Source: Erysipelotrichaceae bacterium
Lineage (GTDB): Bacteria; Bacillota_I; Bacilli_A; Erysipelotrichales; Erysipelotrichaceae
DNA: 32,000 nucleotides
Direction: 5' to 3'
NCBI GenBank assembly: GCA_963663995.1
Contig: OY760660.1
Span: forward strand, 420,001-452,000
Shown: one piece after another, positions 25,246-32,000 of the stretch
Position numbering within the stretch: the first letter of the stretch is position 1
Layout of the letters: each line of letters starts with the position of its first letter
Translations under genes and position numbers: made by a program
The notes under the pieces: generated by a model
What the model was told of the DNA's origin: nothing
Databases searched by the model: none
What the model saw: the letters and a program-made list of their open reading frames with translations, nothing else

Positions 25246-25246
25246 T

Positions 25247-25270
25247 AAAAAGTCCACATTAGGACTTTTT
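25247..25270. terminator. Bidirectional terminator between the permease gene and convergent pncB
   Basis: AAAAAGTCC-ACATTA-GGACTTTTT. The pncB stop codon (25259-25261) lies in the loop. Confidence 0.7.
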
Positions 25271-26713
25271 ATTTGCTTCGATGAGAGAAATTTTTAAATC
25301 ATAAAGTTTTTGTGATAAATCCACATAATATTTGTGTGGATTTTTTAGTCGTTTGACTTCATCCCATAAAGTATCAAGTTCTTTTAAAGTATAATCGCGT
25401 GTTTCAAATATATCTTTAGGTGTGTAGACGAGTTGACCTTTATCAAAAATCAAAGTGTGCATGTCGCGTACAGAATAATTATCAATAATTTTACGTTTCC
25501 ATGGTGCATTAGGATCAAATAACTCATATGAACTTGGATTAATGATTTCATCAGCACAAGCAATCACATCTGCAATTGCCTTTTTCGTATCATTATCATA
25601 GAATCGATAAACTTTTTTATCACCTGGATTTGTAATCTTTTCAATGTTATCTGATAGCTTTATGGTGGGAATCATTTTTCCATTTTTTTCATAAGCAACG
25701 ACTTTATAGACGCCACCTAAGACAGGATGAGAAGAAGAAGTAATTAAGTTTTCTCCAACTCCATAAGCATCAATTTTTGCATCTTGTAAGATCAAAGTAT
25801 CGATAATATCTTCATCAAGTGAATTTGAAGCGAGAATTTGACAATCTGTTAAACCAGCATTATCTAACATTTGACGCGCTTTTTTAGATAGATAAGCTAA
25901 GTCACCACTATCTAAACGAATCCCTTTTAAACGATGACCATTAGGAATCAAAATTTCTTTCGCTACTTTGATGGCGTTAGGAACACCAGATTTAAGGGTA
26001 TTGTATGTATCGACAAGTAATATTGTGTTATCACCAGCTTGTGAAGCATATTTGCTAAATGCTTCATATTCTGATTCATGCATTTGTATGTATGAGTGAG
26101 CTAGAGTACCTGATACAGGAATTCCATATACTTGACCTGCATACGTATTCGATGTCCCAACACAACCAGTAATATAAGCAGCTCTAGCACCTTCTAAAGC
26201 AGCTTCTACACCTTGTGCTCTGCGAATCCCAAACTCAATAACATTACGATCTTTGGCAGCGCGGACAATGCGTGCTGATTTTGTCGCAATAAGGGTAGAG
26301 AAGTTGACTGATACAAGAATTAAGGTTTCAATTAATTGAGTTTGAATACGAGTGCCTTTAACTTTGATTAAAGCTTCATTGGCAAACATGGGAGTGCCTT
26401 CTTCGACTGCCCATAAATCGATATTAAGATTCATGTTTCTAAGATAGGTTAAAAAGTCTTCATCATATTTATTTAAACTTCTTAAATATTCAATATCAGC
26501 ATCTTCAAATTTATAGTTACTTAGCTGATGTATTAAATTGTTCAATCCATTAAAGATAATAAAACCACCAGCATCAGGTATCGTTCGCACAAACATATCG
26601 AAGATGGCGATTTCTTCATGAGTATTTTCTTTAAAGTAGGTGTAAGCCATTGTAAATTCATATAAATCGGTCAGTAATACCGTACTTTTTTTAGGGGATA
26701 GGGCTAAATTCAT
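25259..26713 (-). CDS. pncB: Nicotinate phosphoribosyltransferase
   Basis: 484 aa. LTDLYEFTMAY N-terminus, GTLAHSYIQ and GIRLDSGDL, typical of type II NAPRTase. Confidence 0.9.
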   Translation of the reverse strand: MNLALSPKKSTVLLTDLYEFTMAYTYFKENTHEEIAIFDMFVRTIPDAGGFIIFNGLNNLIHQLSNYKFEDADIEYLRSLNKYDEDFLTYLRNMNLNIDLWAVEEGTPMFANEALIKVKGTRIQTQLIETLILVSVNFSTLIATKSARIVRAAKDRNVIEFGIRRAQGVEAALEGARAAYITGCVGTSNTYAGQVYGIPVSGTLAHSYIQMHESEYEAFSKYASQAGDNTILLVDTYNTLKSGVPNAIKVAKEILIPNGHRLKGIRLDSGDLAYLSKKARQMLDNAGLTDCQILASNSLDEDIIDTLILQDAKIDAYGVGENLITSSSHPVLGGVYKVVAYEKNGKMIPTIKLSDNIEKITNPGDKKVYRFYDNDTKKAIADVIACADEIINPSSYELFDPNAPWKRKIIDNYSVRDMHTLIFDKGQLVYTPKDIFETRDYTLKELDTLWDEVKRLKNPHKYYVDLSQKLYDLKISLIEANKKS

Positions 26714-26738
26714 ATTTCAATGTTTCCTTTAACTGATA

Positions 26739-26747
26739 TGTTAGAAT
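26739..26747 (+). promoter_or_regulatory. Extended -10 TGTTAGAAT for the M16 peptidase pair
   Basis: Located about 40 nt upstream of the ATG at 26789. GAAGGA RBS at 26778-26783. Confidence 0.4.
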
Positions 26748-26757
26748 AATTGTGTTT

Positions 26758-26766
26758 ATTATACCA
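26758..26766 (-). promoter_or_regulatory. Extended -10 TGGTATAAT (minus strand) for pncB
   Basis: Reverse complement of 26758-26766 is TGGTATAAT. The leader carries AAAGGAAA before the ATG at 26713. Confidence 0.4.
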
Positions 26767-26788
26767 CTTAGAGAAGTTGAAGGAATCT

Positions 26789-28006
26789 ATGAACCAAATA
26801 TTAAAAGAAAGTACACTTATCCAAAGACAAACAGATCAATTTAAAGATATGATGATTCAAATCATCTACAATTATCCAAAAATTGAACCAGATGTTACAA
26901 TCGCAAATCTTTTGTCTTATATGATGAGTGATCGAAGTATTGATTATCCTAGTAAAAAATTAATGAATAAGAAAAGTGATGAACTTTATGGTCTATCAAC
27001 CCAGTTTAGAGTTAGTTCTTTTGGGTATCTTCAACAGTTTGAAGCCCGATTTAAAACCTTGAATCCATCTTATATGGATGACAATATCACAGTTGAAGTG
27101 TTTAATTATATTCAATCGGTTATTTGTAAACCACTCTTAAATGAATCGAGTTTAAATGAAGCTAAAACAAACTTGAAAGCAGCATTATTAAGACTGCAAG
27201 ATAATCCTAATATCGCAAGTGTACGCTTAGCTGTAAAAGAAATGGTGATTGATGAACCCTTAAAAGTTTACTCATTAGGATCTTTAGAAATGATTGATAA
27301 AGTTTCTTTAAATGATGTGATTGCTTTTCATAAGAAATTAATTGATTTAAAACCAATCATTATTACAAGTTCTGATACAAAGTTAGACTTAAGCTATTTG
27401 CAGAGTGTTTTGGGTCAAAAAGAAATGGATCGTCGTCAAAATGTTTATCAGTTTAAAGAAAGAGATTTTGTGAGTGCAAGCGAAGAAAGATCACTTGCAC
27501 AAAGTACGATTAGTCAATTTTATTCAACACAAGTTGATTTAAGCAGTGATGATTATTATTCAATGCGTTTATTAGCCATGATTTTAGGCCAACTTCCAGG
27601 AAGTTTATTATTTCAAGAAATTCGCGAGAAGCGTTCACTTTGTTATGCAATATCTGCCTCATTTATGGCAAGTGATGGATTACTTTTAATTCAAACAGGC
27701 ATTGATGCCTCTAAATTAGAAGAACTGAGACCTTTAATTGCTTATCAAATTCAACGTTTAGTAACGGGTCAATTTCCATTAAATTTATTAAAGGTTGCGA
27801 AAAAACTTTATCTTCAAAATATGGAACAGTTGGATGAAGATCGGCTATCGTATTTCAATGTTTTAAATCAGTTCGATATTTTAAACAGAGATTTTGATTT
27901 AGATTTTATTAAAATGAAAGTCAAAGCTATAACTAAAGAAGATATTCAAAAAGCCGCAAGTCGTCTCAGTCTTATTGCTGAAGGACTTATAAAAGGAGTT
28001 TTATAA
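26789..28006 (+). CDS. M16B peptidase-like protein lacking the zinc motif (YmfF-like, presumed non-catalytic subunit)
   Basis: I place the start at ATG 26789 (RBS GAAGGA) rather than at the track's TTG at 26750. At the position where HxxEH is expected the protein reads NLLSY. The C-terminal half resembles an M16 inactive domain. Confidence 0.7.
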   Translation: MNQILKESTLIQRQTDQFKDMMIQIIYNYPKIEPDVTIANLLSYMMSDRSIDYPSKKLMNKKSDELYGLSTQFRVSSFGYLQQFEARFKTLNPSYMDDNITVEVFNYIQSVICKPLLNESSLNEAKTNLKAALLRLQDNPNIASVRLAVKEMVIDEPLKVYSLGSLEMIDKVSLNDVIAFHKKLIDLKPIIITSSDTKLDLSYLQSVLGQKEMDRRQNVYQFKERDFVSASEERSLAQSTISQFYSTQVDLSSDDYYSMRLLAMILGQLPGSLLFQEIREKRSLCYAISASFMASDGLLLIQTGIDASKLEELRPLIAYQIQRLVTGQFPLNLLKVAKKLYLQNMEQLDEDRLSYFNVLNQFDILNRDFDLDFIKMKVKAITKEDIQKAASRLSLIAEGLIKGVL

Positions 28007-29277
28007 TGCATATTACGAATTATATAAACTTAAAAGAGAAAATTACATATCATCAATTAGAGAATGGTTTATCGATTGCGATAATTGAAAAAAAGGGATT
28101 TAAGACTTCATCATTCTTTTTAGCGGTACCTTATGGATCTTTAGATGTTTTTCAAGAAGATAATGAAGAGAAACATGTAAATTCACTAGGCGTCGCACAT
28201 TTCTTAGAACATAAGCTCTTTGAAAACAATAATGGTATTGATATTATGTCAGCTTTCAATGAACTTGGAGCATCAGTGAATGCATTTACGTCGCATAATG
28301 AGACAGTCTATACATTCTCAAGTGTGAAGAACATTAAGAAAGCTTTGAATTTGCTTTTAGATTTTACCCAAGAATTTGATGTTTCAGAAGCATCGGTTGA
28401 AAAGGAAAAAGGAATTATTGTTCAAGAGTTAAATATGTATCTGCAAATGCCAGAACAACGTTTAATCTATGAAACTTATCGTTCTTTATATCATGATCAT
28501 CCAATTCAATATGATATAGGTGGAGATGAAGAGAGTGTAAATGCGATTACAAGACAGGAATTAATGGATGTTTACCAACGCAATTACCATCCCCAAAAAA
28601 CACTTTTAGTTTGTGTTAGTCATCTGCCAGCGAATCAGTTGCTAAAAATAATTGAAGATAATCAGAAGGAAAAAACTTTTAAAGCAATGCCTTTAGTAAA
28701 ACGTTCCTTAATTGATGAAGCGATATCGGTAAAAAGAGATCACTTTGAGTTTGAAATGAATATTCAAGCTTCTAAAATGACCTATAATTTTAAACTTGCA
28801 CATTTATCAATTGATGAATCAATAAATCTAAAACGTGAGTGGACTCTAAGAATTGCCTTAGAATGTGTCTTCTCGAGTATTAATGATCAATATCAATCTT
28901 GGCTTGATCAAGATCGAATCCATGATTACTTTGGTTTTGAAGTCGAAGTCAATAAAGCTTATGGTTTTATTCTCTTCTATGGAGAAGGTGAAAGTGTTTC
29001 TGATTTTAAAGCTTTAATTGATGAAGGATTAAAAACAGATTTAAGCTTATTTGAAGATGATTTTATCGCATTAAAGAAACGTTATAAATCAATGTTGATT
29101 CGTTCATTAAATGATCATGATGATTATGCGATTAGCTTAATTCGCTCAAGTTTTGCCTCAATTCCTTTTGAATATCAATTTGATGTATTAGATCAAATAC
29201 ACTTTGAAGATTGTTTAAGAGCGTTTGAAAGCATTAAACATACACCTTCATGCACTGTTTTAATGAAGAAAAAATAG
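28006..29277 (+). CDS. M16B zinc peptidase (YmfH-like, catalytic subunit)
   Basis: 423 aa. Intact inverted zinc motif HFLEH (28198-28212) followed by a downstream E. Start overlaps the stop of the upstream partner (TAATG). Confidence 0.8.
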   Translation: MHITNYINLKEKITYHQLENGLSIAIIEKKGFKTSSFFLAVPYGSLDVFQEDNEEKHVNSLGVAHFLEHKLFENNNGIDIMSAFNELGASVNAFTSHNETVYTFSSVKNIKKALNLLLDFTQEFDVSEASVEKEKGIIVQELNMYLQMPEQRLIYETYRSLYHDHPIQYDIGGDEESVNAITRQELMDVYQRNYHPQKTLLVCVSHLPANQLLKIIEDNQKEKTFKAMPLVKRSLIDEAISVKRDHFEFEMNIQASKMTYNFKLAHLSIDESINLKREWTLRIALECVFSSINDQYQSWLDQDRIHDYFGFEVEVNKAYGFILFYGEGESVSDFKALIDEGLKTDLSLFEDDFIALKKRYKSMLIRSLNDHDDYAISLIRSSFASIPFEYQFDVLDQIHFEDCLRAFESIKHTPSCTVLMKKK

Positions 29278-29325
29278 GAGATTTATCATTTATTGTCTAA
29301 ATCTATAGTACGAGGAGGACAAGAT

Positions 29326-29652
29326 ATGTTAAATCAAGTCGTTATTGTTGGTCGTATAAAAGAACTTCCAATCCAAAAAGAAACAAGTAGTGGAGTTAAA
29401 TTAGCCGAGATGTTAGTTGAAGTTGAACGAAACTATAAAAATGCCCAAGGTGTCTTTGAAACAGATACTCTTCAATGTACACTTTGGCGAGGCTTAGCAG
29501 ATAGTGCAGTTGAACAAAGTAAAGTAGGAAACCTCATTGGAATTAAAGGACGATTACAAGGGAATCACTTTGAATCCAAAGAAGGGTCTCCCATCTATTA
29601 TTCAGAAGTGATTGTAGAGAAAATTTCATTTCTACATCCACAAGAACAGTAA
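29326..29652 (+). CDS. ssb: Single-stranded DNA-binding protein, short form without acidic C-terminal tail (SsbB-like)
   Basis: Start placed at ATG 29326 (RBS GAGGAGGA) rather than at the track's TTG at 29293. The 108-aa OB-fold aligns with SSB (MLNQVVIVGRI...CTLWRGLA...GIKGRLQ...). It ends ...FLHPQEQ with no D/E-rich IPF tail. Confidence 0.8.
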   Translation: MLNQVVIVGRIKELPIQKETSSGVKLAEMLVEVERNYKNAQGVFETDTLQCTLWRGLADSAVEQSKVGNLIGIKGRLQGNHFESKEGSPIYYSEVIVEKISFLHPQEQ

Positions 29653-29672
29653 ACGGTCTCGGCCGTTTTTTT
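29651..29672 (+). terminator. Terminator-like hairpin after ssb
   Basis: AAACGG-TCTCGG-CCGTTT followed by TTTT. The stem is short. Confidence 0.45.
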
Positions 29673-29680
29673 GTTATAAT
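29672..29680 (+). promoter_or_regulatory. Extended -10 TGTTATAAT for thyA-folA
   Basis: Located 23 nt upstream of the ATG at 29703. AAGGAG RBS at 29692-29697. Confidence 0.45.
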
Positions 29681-29702
29681 GTTTCTAGTTTAAGGAGTGT
29701 CT

Positions 29703-30575
29703 ATGAAACAGTACCTAGAATTAGTGAATCATATATTAAATAATGGTGTTCAACGAGCAGATCGAACATCAACTGGAACAATCTCAACATTTGGATATCA
29801 AATGCGTTTTGATTTAAGTGAAGGTTTTCCTTTACTTACGACAAAGAAAGTTCATTTTAAATCTGTCGTTCATGAACTTTTGTGGTTTATCCAAGGTTCA
29901 ACCAATATTCGTCCACTTGTTTTAAATAATGTACGTATTTGGAATGAATGGCCTTATGAGAAATATCAAAAATCTGAGTATTATCAAGGCGAGTCAATGA
30001 ATGACTTTATTGAGAAAATAAAAGAAGATCCTGATTTTGCTGAAAAATTTGGTGATTTAGGTCCAGTTTATGGAAAACAATGGCGTGATTTTAATGGGGT
30101 TGATCAATTAGAAGAGCTCATTCAAGGATTGAAGAAAAATCCTTTTTCTAGACGCCATATTATCAATGCCTGGAATCCAGCTGATTTGGATAAAATGGCT
30201 TTACCACCATGTCATATGATGATGCAATTTTATGTCTCATCTGATCAAAAGAAATTATCATGTCAGCTCTATCAAAGATCAGCAGATGTCTTTTTAGGAG
30301 TCCCATTTAACATTGCTTCATACGCATTATTTACCCATATGATTGCCCAAGCTGTTGGCTTAGAAGCAGGGGAGTTTATTCATACTTTAGGAGATGCTCA
30401 TATTTATAACGATCATCTTGAACAAGTGAATATTCAAAAAAATCGTGAGCCAATGAAATTATGTCAATTAAAACTAAATCCAAATATTCACTCAATTTAT
30501 GACTTTAAATATGAAGATATTGAATGTATTGATTATATTTCTCATCCTGCCATTAAAGGTAAGGTATCTGTTTAG
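29703..30575 (+). CDS. thyA: Thymidylate synthase (ThyA type)
   Basis: Start placed at ATG 29703 (MKQYLELV...), 6 nt inside the track's GTG. Contains DRTSTGT, the active-site PPCH, and [17 protein letters not shown]. Confidence 0.95.
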   Translation: MKQYLELVNHILNNGVQRADRTSTGTISTFGYQMRFDLSEGFPLLTTKKVHFKSVVHELLWFIQGSTNIRPLVLNNVRIWNEWPYEKYQKSEYYQGESMNDFIEKIKEDPDFAEKFGDLGPVYGKQWRDFNGVDQLEELIQGLKKNPFSRRHIINAWNPADLDKMALPPCHMMMQFYVSSDQKKLSCQLYQRSADVFLGVPFNIASYALFTHMIAQAVGLEAGEFIHTLGDAHIYNDHLEQVNIQKNREPMKLCQLKLNPNIHSIYDFKYEDIECIDYISHPAIKGKVSV

Positions 30576-31039
30576 TGTTACATATGATTGTAGCGATGGA
30601 TGCCAACCGCGGAATTGGTTTAAATGAAAAGATGCCCTGGCACATTGCTGAAGAAATGAAAATATTCAAAACAACAACGATGAACCATTCTTTGCTTTTT
30701 GGACGTAAAACCATAGAAGGGATGGTTGGACTATTAAAAAATCGTAAACATTATGTAAGCACTAAAAATAGTTTCTATCAACGTGATGGGGTTGAGGTCG
30801 TCACTGATTTAGAGACATTCTTAAAGAAACACCAAAATAGTGATGAAATAATTTTTGTGAGTGGGGGAGCAAGTATTTATCAGCAAGCTTTTCCTTATAT
30901 AACAGATGCTTATATTTCTATTTTAAAAAATGTTTATCAATGTGATACTTTCTTACCTGAATTTGATTTTAGTGCTTTTGAATTACTTGAAAAAAAAGAA
31001 TATGATGCGTTTACGCATTATCATTATAGAAGAGGTTAG
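30575..31039 (+). CDS. folA: Dihydrofolate reductase
   Basis: 154 aa. IVAMDANRGIG...MPW, FGRKT and VSGGASIY. The GTG at 30575 overlaps the thyA stop (TAGTG). An alternative start is ATG 30584. Confidence 0.88.
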   Translation: MLHMIVAMDANRGIGLNEKMPWHIAEEMKIFKTTTMNHSLLFGRKTIEGMVGLLKNRKHYVSTKNSFYQRDGVEVVTDLETFLKKHQNSDEIIFVSGGASIYQQAFPYITDAYISILKNVYQCDTFLPEFDFSAFELLEKKEYDAFTHYHYRRG

Positions 31040-31042
31040 CAA

Positions 31043-31690
31043 ATGCAAGCATTCATATTATTTATCATGATGATCTTTGTATATCCGGTTGTGTTCTTTT
31101 CATCTCTACATCTAATTAAAGCTAACTATGATTTGAAATATACACTTTTTCAAATTTGGTCTCGTTTCTTTTTGAAAAGAGCGAGTGCTAAAGTCGAATG
31201 TAAGCGATCAGACTTAATCCCATTAGAAAATGATTATGTTTTTATTGTTCATCATGAAAGTACACTTGATGTTTGTGCTTTAGCTGAAGCATTACCAGTT
31301 CGTACACATTTTATTTTAGATAAAACGGAAAAAGTTCCATACTTGAATAACTATTTAAAGCGCTTAAAAAGTATGAGAATAGATTATAGTGCTTCAAATT
31401 GTCATATTTATAGTGAACAATTTGAAAATGATTTAAATGAGTCATCAGTCACAGTATTTGTGAATAATTTAAAAAATCAAATCTTACCGATCGATTTTTA
31501 TGATTGTGCAAAATCTCAAAAATGGACACTCATTCCAGTTATGATTCATAATTCTAAAAACTTAATGAAAAAAGGTCGGCATCATAAAATTGAAGTAGAA
31601 ATTAAAGTTCCTCTCTACTTTGAAGAATACGGAAAGTCTTCAACAGAAGCTATACAAAAGCTTATATTAGAAAGACTTCAAGAACTTTAG
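31043..31690 (+). CDS. Putative membrane-anchored acyltransferase (PlsC-like, YpkP-like position)
   Basis: 215 aa with an N-terminal TM and an Hx4D box in VHHESTLD. Lies downstream of thyA-folA, where B. subtilis has ypkP. The assignment is weak. Confidence 0.4.
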   Translation: MQAFILFIMMIFVYPVVFFSSLHLIKANYDLKYTLFQIWSRFFLKRASAKVECKRSDLIPLENDYVFIVHHESTLDVCALAEALPVRTHFILDKTEKVPYLNNYLKRLKSMRIDYSASNCHIYSEQFENDLNESSVTVFVNNLKNQILPIDFYDCAKSQKWTLIPVMIHNSKNLMKKGRHHKIEVEIKVPLYFEEYGKSSTEAIQKLILERLQEL

Positions 31691-31692
31691 TT

Positions 31693-31701
31693 TGGTATAA
31701 T
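31693..31701 (+). promoter_or_regulatory. Extended -10 TGGTATAAT 9 nt upstream of the scpA ATG
   Basis: TGGTATAAT-AGGGAAGCT-ATG. Confidence 0.4.
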
Positions 31702-31710
31702 AGGGAAGCT

Positions 31711-32000
31711 ATGCAAGAATTCAGTGTAAATTTAGAACAATTTGAAGGTCCAATGGATTTGATGTTGCACCTGATATCAACCAAGAAACTTGATCTATTT
31801 GATTTAAAAATAGATATTTTAGTTGACCAATATATTGCTTATATCGAAGCTGTTGAGGATAAACTTTCGATTGCCAGTGAATACTTAGCTGAACTTGCTA
31901 ATTTAGTGGAATATAAATCGAAGAAACTTTTACCAAAAGAAGTGGATCCTTTAGCAGCTGATGAATATGAAGAAGATCCTAAAGAATCACTGATTCGAAG
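31711..32000 (+). CDS. scpA: Segregation and condensation protein A (5' part; runs off the window)
   Basis: My translation is MQEFSVNLEQFEGPMDLMLHLISTKKLDLFDLKIDILVDQYIAYI..., the characteristic ScpA N-terminus. The frame stays open to the window end and is absent from the track because it is truncated. Confidence 0.85.
   Translation, partial: MQEFSVNLEQFEGPMDLMLHLISTKKLDLFDLKIDILVDQYIAYIEAVEDKLSIASEYLAELANLVEYKSKKLLPKEVDPLAADEYEEDPKESLIR

Noticed and set aside
26750-26788. TTG-initiated N-terminal extension of the first M16 protein (track start 26750). Similar non-ATG extensions apply to ssb (29293) and thyA (29697).
   Set aside because: In each case a downstream in-frame ATG has a properly spaced GGAGG-type RBS, and the upstream segment overlaps promoter or terminator sequence. 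The extensions add non-conserved residues (MCLLYHLEKLKES, MSKSIVRGGQD, MS).
1-32000. Possibility of a Mollicutes-type genetic code (UGA = Trp), given the low GC content
   Set aside because: TGA terminates several well-delimited genes exactly at operon junctions (1710-1712, 2249-2251, 2887-2889, 23208-23210), and Trp is encoded by TGG throughout. The standard bacterial code fits.
1-32000. CRISPR arrays, tRNA/rRNA genes, and phage or defence islands
   Set aside because: I found no regularly spaced direct repeats, no cloverleaf-like segments in the short intergenic regions, and no cluster of unknown genes. The only accessory element is the single IS.

Overview
AT-rich chromosomal core region of a walled, low-GC Bacillota-type bacterium. 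The standard code applies: TGA is used as a stop (the 1251-1712 ORF, dnaD, nth, the ABC ATPase) and Trp is TGG. I count 29 protein-coding genes, including one the ORF track misses, plus RNase P RNA and one IS1182-family insertion sequence. Almost everything is housekeeping, arranged in blocks that match B. subtilis gene order as I recall it: ypmB-like/dnaD/nth; convergent ponA-recU; gpsB-rnpB; rodZ(ymfM)-pgsA-cinA-recA-rny-ymdB; miaB; rnjB-like RNase J followed by ftsK/spoIIIE; a BMP-lipoprotein nucleoside-type ABC transporter (nupNOPQ-like); pncB; an ymfF/ymfH-like M16 peptidase pair; a short SSB; thyA-folA-ypkP-like; scpA. I see no tRNA, rRNA, CRISPR, prophage, or recognisable defence or biosynthetic cluster, and no convincing new multi-gene system. 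The observations worth a second look are at domain or element scale. (1) The IS splits the transporter operon, and its 18-bp ends look like the two arms of an intrinsic terminator. (2) The class A PBP has a ~430-aa C-terminal extension with PASTA-like and cadherin-like modules. (3) The RNase J has degenerate metal-binding motifs. (4) A 58-aa ferredoxin gene is absent from the ORF track and hidden under an antisense ORF. (5) Several -10 boxes sit 6-9 nt from start codons, suggesting leaderless mRNAs. (6) rnpB abuts the gpsB stop codon. All homology calls come from reading motifs by eye; no database search was run.
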